Of a stretch of DNA of 64,000 nt, positions 30,334-40,341 are shown piece by piece. The DNA comes from an uncultured Methanomicrobiales archaeon (lineage in GTDB: Archaea > Halobacteriota > Methanomicrobia > Methanomicrobiales > Methanospirillaceae), in assembly GCA_963697895.1 (NCBI GenBank), contig OY969100.1:1312001-1376000 (forward strand). The letters are read 5' to 3'. Each line of letters begins with the position of its first letter. The first letter of the stretch is position 1. The notes beneath the pieces are model-generated. The model made no database searches and had not been told where the DNA came from. It saw only the letters and a list, made by a program, of their open reading frames with translations. The translations under genes were made by a program, and so were the position numbers.

Positions 30334-32739
30334 ATGATCAAGGCATTGTCCATCGAGCAGTACCGCAACACGTATAGACCGGGAGATATGGAGTGCCCCA
30401 CCACCGAGTCAATGAAGCCGACTGATGAGATTATCGGTCAGGATCGGGCGCAGAGAGCGCTTCATTTCGGCCTTGAGATCCAGGAGAAGGGGTTCAACCT
30501 CTATGTTGCAGGGAGCCCGGGTACGGGTCGGAAGACAGCGGTCAGGCGGTTCCTCGATGAACTCGCGATGACTCGTCCGAAGGCGGATGACTGGATCTAC
30601 GTGAACAATTTTGCGAATGCATATGAACCTAATGCGATCCGGCTTCCGCCGGGGAAGGGGATCGAGTTCAAGAAGGATATGGGTTCGTTTGTTGAGGAGG
30701 CACGGAGAGCACTCCCCAAGGCCTTCGAGAGCGAGGATTACGCGACAAAGCGAAAGGAGTCCCTCGGGGCGCTCGACAAGGAGCGGGAGCAGATCATCGC
30801 ACAGGTCAATGAAAAGGCCGGGAAACAGGGGTTTGTCATCCAGATGGGACCCACCGGACTGATGATCATCCCGGTCGTCGACGGTAAACCGCTTTCCGCG
30901 GAGGATTTCGCGGCACTCCCGGAGAGTACCCAGGAGCAGATACGGGGGAAAAGGGAAGTCCTCGATGCGGATCTCCGGAACGGTTTCCGCCAGTTACGGG
31001 ACCTGGATACCACGGGAGCAGAGGCGGTCACCCGTCTCAACAGTGAGATCGCACTCTACGCGATCGGTCACCTGGTCGAAGGCCTCCTGGAAAAGTACGG
31101 CAGTATTCCGGAGATCAAGGACTATATCGATACCGTTCAGAAGGATATCCTGGAAAATCTTGATACATTCCTTGGTGTTGCCCAGCAACAGCCAGAGCAG
31201 CAGCTCCCTCCCCAGTTCCAGCAGTGGCTTACGAAGGATCTTGCGTTCCGGAAGTACGAGGTCAATGTGGTGGTGGACCATTCCGGCGATACCGGAGCCC
31301 CGGTGGTATTCGAGGATATCCCGAGCTACCAGAACCTGCTTGGAAAAGTAGAGAAGGAGGTCCAGTTCGGTATCGTCACCACGGACTTCACCATGATCCG
31401 AACCGGCTCGGTTCACAAGGCGAACGGCGGATATCTCGTAATGCCGGTCCTCGATCTCTTCCGGTACCCGTTTGCCTGGGACGGGCTCAAGACGGCACTC
31501 AAGACGGAGCGGGCTGCAATCGAAGAGCCGGGCGAGCGGGCCGGGTTCATCACGGCAAGGGGGCTTAAACCGGAACCAATTCCCCTCAGCGTCAAGGTGA
31601 TCCTGATCGGTACGCCGGAGATCAACCAGATCCTGCACCAGGGCGATCCCGATTATCCCGAACTCTTCAAAGTGCGTGCCGATTTCGATACCAGCATGGA
31701 CCGGAACGATGAGAACGCAAAGAAATACGGTGCGTATATCTGCACGCTCTGCAAGCGGTTCCAACTCAGGCACCTGGACAGTTCCGCTGTGGCAAAGGTC
31801 ATCGAGTACGGTTCCCGTCTCGCGGATGACCAGAAGAAACTCTCCACGAGGTTCTCAGCCGTGGCGGACCTGATCCGCGAGGCGAATTTCTATGCGGCGC
31901 AGGATAACGCGAAGATCACGACCGCGAAGCATATCGAGAAGGCGATTGAAGAGAAGATCTACCGCTCCAACCTGATCCAGGAGAAGATCCAGGAGTTCAT
32001 TGAACGGGGGATATACCTCATCGACACCGCGGGAACGGGGATCGGCCAGATCAACGGACTTTCCGTCATGGAAATGGGCGATTTTGCATTCGGGAGACCA
32101 TCCCGCGTAACCGCGAGCGTCGCGGTCGGCCGGGACGGGATCATCGACATCGAACGGCAGGCAGATCTGGGCGGACCGACCCATACCAAGGGGGTCCTCA
32201 TCCTCGGGGGGTACCTCGCGAACAAATATGCACAGGACAAACCCTTCAACCTCTCTGCAAAACTCGTGTTCGAGCAGAGCTATGGCGGAGTGGACGGTGA
32301 CAGTGCATCGAGTACCGAGCTCTACGCTATCCTGTCGGCCCTCTCCGGCCTGCCGATCACCCAGTCCCTCGCGGTTACCGGCTCGGTGAACCAGCGGGGA
32401 GAAGTCCAGGCGATCGGAGGGGTGAACGAGAAGCTCGAGGGCTTCTTCGAGGTCTGCAAGGCAAAAGGCCTGGATGGAAAGCAGGGCGCCATGATTCCTG
32501 CGAGCAACGTCCAGAACCTGATGCTCAAGGAGGAGATCCTCGAGGCGGCAAAGGCAGGGAAATTCAGGATCTACCCGGTGAAGACGATCGACGAGGGGAT
32601 CGAAGTGCTGACCGGCGTGCCGGCCGGGGAACGGAAACCGGACGGGACCTATCCGGAGGGAACGGTCAATTACCTGGTCAACAAGAGGCTGAAAGACATG
32701 GCCGAGACGTTTAAGGAGTTCCAGGTGCAGGCAAATTAA
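30334..32739 (+). CDS. Lon-like protease (LonC / AAA_32 + Lon_C)
   Basis: IIGQDRA, degenerate Walker A GSPGTGRKT, catalytic DGDSAS (Ser) and IGGVNEK (Lys); no TM insert. Confidence 0.9.
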   Translation: MIKALSIEQYRNTYRPGDMECPTTESMKPTDEIIGQDRAQRALHFGLEIQEKGFNLYVAGSPGTGRKTAVRRFLDELAMTRPKADDWIYVNNFANAYEPNAIRLPPGKGIEFKKDMGSFVEEARRALPKAFESEDYATKRKESLGALDKEREQIIAQVNEKAGKQGFVIQMGPTGLMIIPVVDGKPLSAEDFAALPESTQEQIRGKREVLDADLRNGFRQLRDLDTTGAEAVTRLNSEIALYAIGHLVEGLLEKYGSIPEIKDYIDTVQKDILENLDTFLGVAQQQPEQQLPPQFQQWLTKDLAFRKYEVNVVVDHSGDTGAPVVFEDIPSYQNLLGKVEKEVQFGIVTTDFTMIRTGSVHKANGGYLVMPVLDLFRYPFAWDGLKTALKTERAAIEEPGERAGFITARGLKPEPIPLSVKVILIGTPEINQILHQGDPDYPELFKVRADFDTSMDRNDENAKKYGAYICTLCKRFQLRHLDSSAVAKVIEYGSRLADDQKKLSTRFSAVADLIREANFYAAQDNAKITTAKHIEKAIEEKIYRSNLIQEKIQEFIERGIYLIDTAGTGIGQINGLSVMEMGDFAFGRPSRVTASVAVGRDGIIDIERQADLGGPTHTKGVLILGGYLANKYAQDKPFNLSAKLVFEQSYGGVDGDSASSTELYAILSALSGLPITQSLAVTGSVNQRGEVQAIGGVNEKLEGFFEVCKAKGLDGKQGAMIPASNVQNLMLKEEILEAAKAGKFRIYPVKTIDEGIEVLTGVPAGERKPDGTYPEGTVNYLVNKRLKDMAETFKEFQVQAN

Positions 32740-32849
32740 TGCCGCACCTCACCCCTGAATTCTTTTTCTCAAGAAGATCCTCTTCTGACAGGTCCCGGGG
32801 AATCCCCCGAAGGATCTTTGGGTCCAAAACCCCGGGAGATCGATTGCAC

Positions 32850-33071
32850 TCATGGATATTTGTGAGCGTCGACTTCCACGTTTTTCTCCAGTCTCCTGAT
32901 GGAAATCTCGATGGTTTTGACCGGCTCGTCGAGATGTTTGAGCGTGTGGGAAAACCCCACGATCGTGTTTGCCAGCGTCTCCTGGATAAAATTGTTTAAC
33001 GGTAATCCGGTCCCGTTTATCCGGATTTCTGTTTCAAAATGCCGGTTTATAATGCGATGTTCTGGATCCAT
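32850..33071 (-). CDS. Small hypothetical protein (resembles the C-terminal domain of MobB/Fe-S accessory proteins)
   Basis: EIRINGTGLPLNNFIQETLANTIVGFSHTLK pattern. Confidence 0.55.
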   Translation of the reverse strand: MDPEHRIINRHFETEIRINGTGLPLNNFIQETLANTIVGFSHTLKHLDEPVKTIEISIRRLEKNVEVDAHKYP

Positions 33072-33076
33072 GTGTA

Positions 33077-33283
33077 TCAGGTTTGATGAATCATTCCGGT
33101 GACTAAATAATTTCGGTCGGGGTACAACATCGGAAGTTCTTTCCCGTCGATAGATAACCCCACCCCGGAATAATTTCCATTCTTCATACTTTCAAGGAAC
33201 GTTCGTATCCGATGATTCCTGGCTTTTTCTCCTTCTCGCACGAGATCGAAACCGTTCTTAGTTTGATCCGCTTTGGCTTGCAT
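33077..33283 (-). CDS. Small hypothetical protein or gene fragment
   Basis: 68 aa, 5 nt upstream of the previous ORF; LSIDGKELPM echoes IRINGTGLPL. Confidence 0.4.
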   Translation of the reverse strand: MQAKADQTKNGFDLVREGEKARNHRIRTFLESMKNGNYSGVGLSIDGKELPMLYPDRNYLVTGMIHQT

Positions 33284-33512
33284 GAAGGGATCTCCCTGCC
33301 TGCTCGTGATTCAGAGCGTCAGGTTGCAGAAAAATTCGAAGGGTGGCAAAGACATATATCAGAATAACCCCGTTGCTCTGCACCTTCGTGCGATGAACAT
33401 GCTATATAAAAGGGCTGAAAGAAATAGCCACCGTGTAAAACATGAGGCATGATCTGCGTTTCCAGCGAAATCTATATCCACAAGGAGGTACTTTAGCACA
33501 CCTGTGATCGAC

Positions 33513-33917
33513 ATGATCGGAGAAATGATCGGGGAATTAACGGGAAAGGTGGTGGGGACGCGGATCCTTCGCCACTATGGTGGAGAACTGAAGATCGAGA
33601 GGACTATCGAGGCCAAGGGAAAGATCCTCGGGGAAGAGGTGACCTTTGTCGCGACGACCTGGTCGAAGAACAGGCCCGAGGGGGGCATGTTCACGAAAGG
33701 GGACGGGGTGCTCATGACAAAGAAGGGGGATATGGCGATGCTGCATGGAACCGGCATCTCTCTCCCGGGGAAGGGGCCCGGCTGGAGTATCCGGGGCGCC
33801 CGGTATCTCCAGACCAAATCGCCGGCATTGAGCCGGCTCAATAATGTGGCCCTGGTCTTCGAGATCGATATCGGTCCGGACGGGGCATACCACGACAAGT
33901 GGTGGGAGTGGAAGTAA
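33513..33917 (+). CDS. Conserved hypothetical beta-rich protein
   Basis: Host-like codon usage; MIGEMIGELTGK...LSRLNNVALVFE...WWEWK. Confidence 0.75.
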   Translation: MIGEMIGELTGKVVGTRILRHYGGELKIERTIEAKGKILGEEVTFVATTWSKNRPEGGMFTKGDGVLMTKKGDMAMLHGTGISLPGKGPGWSIRGARYLQTKSPALSRLNNVALVFEIDIGPDGAYHDKWWEWK

Positions 33918-34068
33918 GATCCGGCGGCGACGGACCGGACCGGAACAGAAGATCCTTTTTTTCGATTCCCGGGAATACGGGTCACCGGGATGTATCCCGA
34001 CAGGGTATCCCTGCCGTATGAGATGATTTCCAGCAGGTTTTTATAGAATATCGGGAGAATCTCCCTTT

Positions 34069-34761
34069 ATGTCGGTTCAGGAGCAGGGGGATCTTCTCCG
34101 GATTCTCACGTACATCATTCTGTCGACCGCGATCATCTTCTATATGGACGTTATCACGCCCCTCGGTCTCGTGGTATGGATCCTCTATCTCATCCCCCTC
34201 TTCCTGACGATATACCTCGTCTGGAAATATGCACCCTTCGTTGCGACGGCGGTCTTTATCCTCCTCATCGCCGCGAGCTATTTCCTTTCCCCAAGGGATA
34301 CTTCCGCTCTTTACGCCATATTTAACCGGGTCTTCTTTTCGCTGATGCTGATCATCACCTCATTTTTCATCTGGAGCTATCGGCAGAATGTGGAAAATCT
34401 CCGTTTGAGCGAGGAACGGTACCGATACCTCACGGAATGGTCTCCCGATGCCGTCATTGTGTACCGGGACGGGAAAATTCTTTATTCGAATCCTGCAGGT
34501 GTGCGACTCCTCGGGGCGAAATCAGTCGACGAACTCATCGGGAGAGACATCATTGAGCGGCTGGATCCGGGCGAGCGCGATCTGGTTGGGCAGAGACTTA
34601 CTCAGGCAGCACTCGGCGCACGGATGACGCTCGACGAGATGCATATACATCGGATGAGCGGGGATGATATCCGGGTGAAAGCTTCGCTCGGTAAGATCAT
34701 CTGGGATCAGGAGACGGCCGTACAGATCATTCTCCACGATATCGGCGAAAAAATACCTTAA
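34069..34761 (+). CDS. Membrane-anchored PAS-domain sensor protein without output domain
   Basis: N-terminal TM bundle; SEERYRYLTEWSPDAV...YSNPAG PAS; ends after the PAS domain. Confidence 0.85.
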   Translation: MSVQEQGDLLRILTYIILSTAIIFYMDVITPLGLVVWILYLIPLFLTIYLVWKYAPFVATAVFILLIAASYFLSPRDTSALYAIFNRVFFSLMLIITSFFIWSYRQNVENLRLSEERYRYLTEWSPDAVIVYRDGKILYSNPAGVRLLGAKSVDELIGRDIIERLDPGERDLVGQRLTQAALGARMTLDEMHIHRMSGDDIRVKASLGKIIWDQETAVQIILHDIGEKIP

Positions 34762-35048
34762 GAAAGATATTCCTTCACGTACCGGACGGAATGCCCGGTC
34801 AGGGAAAGATGTAAAGTCCTGAATACCCGCCCGACTCTATTTATTTCTCAACTGTCCTTCAGGCATAACGGGAGAAAGCCTTTATCACCTCAGGCCGAAA
34901 TCTCCAATAGGTTCCGATGTGTCATCATGCATATATATAAGAGAGGATCTTATGAATCGAGATCGATTCCGGCATGATCCGCAATCCTCCTCATCTCATA
35001 TATCGGGGGATTTCTCGCAACCGGGAACCGCGATGATGGTGATTTAAC

Positions 35049-37448
35049 ATGAACAGGTTCATGAGTTATACGATTGCATTCATCCTGATACTATCCTTAT
35101 GCGGGGCTTTTGCTACCGGATCATCCGTCAAGAACGATCCGGGGGAACCGAAGATCCTTTCAGAGGCTCCTCATGGCAGGATCTTCGATGAATTTGTGAA
35201 GAATGCAACATTCAGGGAGAAATTCCGGCAACAATATCAGGGAAAACGGTTAGGGTACGTGCCGGCACCGGTAGATGTTCTCCGCACCAAACCGGTGGGG
35301 GTGACTGCCACCCCTGATACCGGGGGCTCGGCGCTCATTACCGGAGCAAGCGGAGCTGCAGAGGGATCGCGGTTCGATCTCCGTGACTCGGGTCTCCTCC
35401 CGCCGGTGAGGGACCAGGGTAATTGCGGGTCCTGCTGGGCATTTGCATCCTTTGGGTCGGAGGAATCTGCACTTTTACCCGGAGAAGCATGGGATCTTTC
35501 GGAGAATAACCTGAAAAATACCCATGGGTTCGACCTGGGGCCCTGCGACGGGGGAAATTACCTGATGTCCACCGCATATCTCACCCGCTGGTCAGGACCG
35601 GTCAATGAATCGGATGACCCGTACAACGTCGGATCCGGCACTTCTCCCGCGAATCTCAAAGCGGTCGGGCATGTGCAGGAGGTCCTCCTCCTCCCCGATC
35701 GGACCGGCGCACAGGACAACGGGGTGATCAAGGATGCGCTCGTGAACTCAGGGGCGGTCTATTCCACGATCTATTTCGATTCCGGTTATTATAACGCCCC
35801 TCTTCACACCTATTACTACCCCGGGGGATCGTCGCCAAACCATGCGATCGATATCGTGGGATGGGATGATACCTACTCCGCGAACAACTTTTCACCGAAG
35901 CCTGCGGGTGACGGTGCGTTTATCGTACGGAACAGCTGGGGATCCGGCTGGGGAGAAGGAGGATATTTCTATGTCTCCTACTACGACTCCCGAATCGGGG
36001 ATGACAGTTGTATATTCTCCGCTTCCGAGCCCGCCTCGAACTACAACACGGTGTACCAGTACGATCCTCTCGGGCTGACGACCGCATACGGATATTCCCG
36101 GTCTACAACGGGATGGGCCGCAAATGTATTCATTCCCACGCAGGACGACACGATCCAGTCTGCAGGATTCTATACCCTTGGTCCGGATTCGACGTACACG
36201 GTCTCCGTGTATACCGGGGTATCTTCATCGCCCACCTCGGGTACTCTTGCAGCGACGACGTCCGGGACGACTCCCTATGCAGGATTTCACACGATAGCGA
36301 TCTCCCCGGTGGCGGTGAAGGCCGGACAGAAGTTCTCCGTCGTGGTGAGACTGAACTCACCCGGAGTCTCCTACCCGATCCCCGCGGAAGCGCCGATCTC
36401 CGGGTATTCGGGCAAAGCGTCGGCATCTTCCGGCCAGAGTTATATCAGCAGCAGTGGAAGTTCCTGGTCCGATCTCTCATCATCCCGGGTCAATATCTGT
36501 ATCAAGGCGTTTGGCAGGCGCACCCAGCAGCTCACCGCAGATTTCACGGCGAATATCACGAGCGGTCCGGCACCGCTCACCGTCCAGTTTACAGACCGGT
36601 CGGCCGGTACCGGGACCCTGTCATGGTCATGGGATGTCAATGGCGATAACCAGCCCGAATACACCATGCAAAATCCTGTTCATTGCTTTACCAACCCCGG
36701 CCTCTATACCGTCGCTCTCACCGTGAGCAACGGGACCGTCAGCGCCACGATGACCCGGAATCAGTATATCAACGTCACGCCCGCACTCCCGCCGACCGGA
36801 AGCATTAAAGTTAATTCGGCGCCGTCCGGTGCCTCGATCTTCCTCGATGGGAACATGACGGTGAAGGGGACTACGAATACCACCTTAAACGGGGTTTCGG
36901 TGGGAACGCACGCGGTAAAACTGACGCGTTCCGGGTATACCGACTGGACCGGTCAGGTGACCGTCACAGGGGGCCAGACCAGCACGATCTCCGCCTCATT
37001 GACACCGGTACCGACCGGAAGTATCAGAGTGAATTCGGCCCCGTCCGGTGCCTCGATCTTCCTCGACGGGAGTACGACAGTGAAGGGGACCACGAATACC
37101 ACCCTGAACGGGATATTGACCGGAACGCACGCGGTAAAACTGACCCGCTCCGGGTACACCGACTGGACCGGAACGGTCAACGTCACAGGGGGCCAGACCA
37201 GCACGATCACCGCAGTTCTGACCCGGGTGGTTACGACCGGGCAGATTCATGTGATCTCCACACCTTCGGGCGGGAGTGTCTCTATCGATGGCAGCAGTAA
37301 AGGAGTTACCCCGGTAACGGTTACGAATGTCAATGCGGGAACCCGCCAGGTGACCGTGCGAAAGAGCGGCTATCGCACCTGGACCGGGACCGCCAGCGTG
37401 ACTGCGGGTAAAACGACCGAGATCAGTGCGGTGCTGAGGCGCTCCTGA
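35049..37448 (+). CDS. Secreted papain-family (C1A) cysteine protease with lectin-like, PKD and 3x PEGA domains
   Basis: QGNCGSCWAF (Gln, Cys), NHAI (His), RNSWG (Asn); PKD ADFTAN...APLTVQFTD; PEGA repeats. Confidence 0.93.
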   Translation: MNRFMSYTIAFILILSLCGAFATGSSVKNDPGEPKILSEAPHGRIFDEFVKNATFREKFRQQYQGKRLGYVPAPVDVLRTKPVGVTATPDTGGSALITGASGAAEGSRFDLRDSGLLPPVRDQGNCGSCWAFASFGSEESALLPGEAWDLSENNLKNTHGFDLGPCDGGNYLMSTAYLTRWSGPVNESDDPYNVGSGTSPANLKAVGHVQEVLLLPDRTGAQDNGVIKDALVNSGAVYSTIYFDSGYYNAPLHTYYYPGGSSPNHAIDIVGWDDTYSANNFSPKPAGDGAFIVRNSWGSGWGEGGYFYVSYYDSRIGDDSCIFSASEPASNYNTVYQYDPLGLTTAYGYSRSTTGWAANVFIPTQDDTIQSAGFYTLGPDSTYTVSVYTGVSSSPTSGTLAATTSGTTPYAGFHTIAISPVAVKAGQKFSVVVRLNSPGVSYPIPAEAPISGYSGKASASSGQSYISSSGSSWSDLSSSRVNICIKAFGRRTQQLTADFTANITSGPAPLTVQFTDRSAGTGTLSWSWDVNGDNQPEYTMQNPVHCFTNPGLYTVALTVSNGTVSATMTRNQYINVTPALPPTGSIKVNSAPSGASIFLDGNMTVKGTTNTTLNGVSVGTHAVKLTRSGYTDWTGQVTVTGGQTSTISASLTPVPTGSIRVNSAPSGASIFLDGSTTVKGTTNTTLNGILTGTHAVKLTRSGYTDWTGTVNVTGGQTSTITAVLTRVVTTGQIHVISTPSGGSVSIDGSSKGVTPVTVTNVNAGTRQVTVRKSGYRTWTGTASVTAGKTTEISAVLRRS

Positions 37449-37529
37449 TTTTTACCCGGGATTATAGTATATCAATTTTTCAATCGATTGCGGGAAAGTT
37501 GATTGCCGGAGCAGATATATGATGTGCTG

Positions 37530-38363
37530 ATGGGTCGGTTTTCATGGCGGTACCTGGCAGGGATCTTCATTATTTTGTTTACGTGTGCCCTGTTTGCCGG
37601 TTGCCTGGGGTCTCCCGGATCCCCTGAACCGACACCTGCACCGACGGGAACGATTCAGGAACCGGCCACACCGGCTACACCTCCCCCCACGCTTCCGCCT
37701 TCTGCCGGGAATACCAGCGAGAACTGGGCCGGGTACGTGGTCCAGACCGGGTTTGATAAACCCAGGATGTACGCGGTCGACGCGGTGGAAGCGACCTGGA
37801 ATGTACCTGCAGTGAACTGCTCCGGTACCCGCGGGGATTACTCCGCAGCGTTCTGGATCGGGATCGACGGCTTCACCTCCCCGAATGTCATCCAGATCGG
37901 GACCGAATCGGATTGCGTGCAGGGTGAGCCCGAGTACTACGGCTGGTACGAACTCTACCCGCAGGACAGCGTCAACCTGAACATGCCCCTCAACCCGGGG
38001 GACGAGGTCCATGCCCGGGTCGAATATGTAGGGAATGACACCTTTCAGCTCTCCATCACCGACACGACGACCAGAGAGAGTTTTACAATCAGGCAGGTGA
38101 GCCCCGGTGCCGCCCGCAGCTCGGGGGAATGGATCGGCGAGGCCCCGGTTCTCCGGCGCAGGATCCTCCCTCTCGCCAACTTCGGCCCGGTGGAATTCAC
38201 CAACGTCTCTGTAACGGTGAACGGCGTGACCGGCCCCGTCAGCAGCTCCGGGTGGCAAAACCTGCCCATTATCATGAAAACGAGGGGCGGAAGCATACGG
38301 GCGATCCCGACGTTCCTCTCTTCCCAGGGGCAGGGGTTCCGAATCATCTGGGAACATTCCTGA
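37530..38363 (+). CDS. G1-family glutamic peptidase (eqolisin / peptidase A4), lipoprotein
   Basis: Lipobox FAGC; SENWAGY, WIGIDG, QIGT (catalytic Gln), WYELYP, EWIGEAP (catalytic Glu). Confidence 0.88.
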   Translation: MGRFSWRYLAGIFIILFTCALFAGCLGSPGSPEPTPAPTGTIQEPATPATPPPTLPPSAGNTSENWAGYVVQTGFDKPRMYAVDAVEATWNVPAVNCSGTRGDYSAAFWIGIDGFTSPNVIQIGTESDCVQGEPEYYGWYELYPQDSVNLNMPLNPGDEVHARVEYVGNDTFQLSITDTTTRESFTIRQVSPGAARSSGEWIGEAPVLRRRILPLANFGPVEFTNVSVTVNGVTGPVSSSGWQNLPIIMKTRGGSIRAIPTFLSSQGQGFRIIWEHS

Positions 38364-38524
38364 CCCCCAAAGAGGGATGTCCCTTATTTAATGTTTATAA
38401 CAGGGTTAAAACCGGAAAATACGGGTGAATTTTCCCCTTACCGATAGGCTGAACCGCGACCATCCTGTTATTTTATGAACCCTTCCGGGGTACATTGCCC
38501 TGTAACGACGGTCGAGGTATCGGT

Positions 38525-40255
38525 ATGAACCTGACAAAAACACTTCTTCTGATGATTGCGCTCACGCTCGCGGGAGCGATCTCCGTGCAGGCTGTTTCGG
38601 GCGGGACCCTGTCCGGGAATCCGTCAACCGTATCGGAGAGTGATCCCTATAATCCGTTCAACAATGGCATTGTCGATCCACTCGCTGCCCAACCCGGGGC
38701 ACCGGGAACTCTGCACCCGGATATGACCTGTCCGGCTTTGCCGGATGTTCTGGTAATCAACGGGCCGATAGCGGAAACTCCGGTTCAGAACCAGGTATAC
38801 CCGGCGTCCGATCTCCCACCCATGCCGGTTTTACCGGATCCGGCATCCAATCCCTCACCCGTACCGGCTCAGCCGGATCCGGTACCCTGTCCGGCACCGC
38901 TGATCCCGAATTCTCCCCAACCTTCGGATACTTCTCCACCGTTATCCGTTCCAGTGCCTGCGATCCCGTACACGCCCCTCTCCCCTTCAGGAGATCAGGC
39001 ACCGGTGATTCCGGGTTTGCCTGTTTCTCCTTCGGGCGTGCCGGCACCGGAGCCCATCTCTCTGCCTCCCGCATCTCCTTCTCCGCAGTCGGAACAGAAC
39101 GTGGTGGATGCGAACAACCGGTTCGGGTTCGATTTGTACTCGAACCTCAGTAAAGACCCGGACAGCTCGGGAAGCAACCTCTTCTTCTCGCCGTTCTCTC
39201 TCTCCTCCGCCCTCGCACTCGTGTACGAAGGCGCCCGTGGCACCACCGCAGATGAAATCCGGTCGGTATTTCACTTACCGGAAGAGGATGGCGTACGGAG
39301 GCAGGGATTCGCAGAGATCAATGCGGGCATGAACAGCGGGGACAGCGGGTATGCTCTCCGCACTGCGAACGCGCTGTGGGCGGAAATGACGTATCCGTTC
39401 CTCCCCGAATATATCAGCACCGCGGAACAATGGTATTCTGCACCCGTCACGAGCCTTGATTTTATCACCAGGCCCGAGGACTCCCGGAAAATTATCAACA
39501 CGTGGGTGGAGGACCGGACGAATGGCAAGATCCAGGACCTTTTACCGGCCGGCGCAATAGATCCCTCCACCCGGCTGGTGATCACCAATGCCGTATATTT
39601 CAAAGGGACCTGGGTGAAGCAGTTCGACAAGAATGAGACAAGAGAAGCAGACTTCACAATCACGCCCGGTGTCCCGGTTGGCACGACAACACGCGTTCAG
39701 ATGATGCAGAGGACGGACAAAGATGCGATATTCAATTACACGGAGACCGATCGCTTCCAGGCGCTCGAGCTGCCCTATGCGCACGAGAGCGGGAAACAAT
39801 TGTCCATGCTCGTCATCCTCCCGAAAGGCACCGACCTTGCATCGGTGGAAAATTCCCTGGATACCAGGGACCTGTCTTCCCTGAGAAATTCGCTCGCCCC
39901 GGGGCGGGTGGACGTGTACTTCCCGAAGTTCCGGCTCGAGACGACCTACGACCTCCCCGATACCCTCGCCGCCATGGGAATGCCGACCGCGTTCTCCGAC
40001 TCGGCCGATTTCTCGGGGATGGATGGGACACGGTCCCTTTCCATCTCGGATGTTATCCACAAGGCCTTCATCGACGTGAACGAGGAGGGGACCGAGGCCG
40101 CGGCGGCGACCGCCGTGGAGATCTATGCAACAGGGATGTTACCCCGTGAAACAATCCCCGTATTCCGGGCGGACCACCCGTTCCTCTTCCTGATCATCGA
40201 TGACGAGACCGGCAACATCCTGTTCATGGGACGGCTCGTAAACCCGAACGGGTAG
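38525..40255 (+). CDS. Secreted serpin with long Pro-rich N-terminal stalk
   Basis: NLFFSPFSL, TNAVYFKGTW, hinge EEGTEAAAATA, FRADHPFLFLI...ILFMGR. Confidence 0.95.
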   Translation: MNLTKTLLLMIALTLAGAISVQAVSGGTLSGNPSTVSESDPYNPFNNGIVDPLAAQPGAPGTLHPDMTCPALPDVLVINGPIAETPVQNQVYPASDLPPMPVLPDPASNPSPVPAQPDPVPCPAPLIPNSPQPSDTSPPLSVPVPAIPYTPLSPSGDQAPVIPGLPVSPSGVPAPEPISLPPASPSPQSEQNVVDANNRFGFDLYSNLSKDPDSSGSNLFFSPFSLSSALALVYEGARGTTADEIRSVFHLPEEDGVRRQGFAEINAGMNSGDSGYALRTANALWAEMTYPFLPEYISTAEQWYSAPVTSLDFITRPEDSRKIINTWVEDRTNGKIQDLLPAGAIDPSTRLVITNAVYFKGTWVKQFDKNETREADFTITPGVPVGTTTRVQMMQRTDKDAIFNYTETDRFQALELPYAHESGKQLSMLVILPKGTDLASVENSLDTRDLSSLRNSLAPGRVDVYFPKFRLETTYDLPDTLAAMGMPTAFSDSADFSGMDGTRSLSISDVIHKAFIDVNEEGTEAAAATAVEIYATGMLPRETIPVFRADHPFLFLIIDDETGNILFMGRLVNPNG

Positions 40256-40341
40256 GATCTTTCGGACCGCCGGTTTATTGGCAAAGCCGGCGGGAAAGAT
40301 AATGCGATCGTGAAAAGGAGGGAGAAGAAGATCTCTAGTCG

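Noticed and set aside
36795-37230. ~216-bp direct repeat inside the cysteine protease
   Set aside because: An ordinary tandem PEGA domain duplication.
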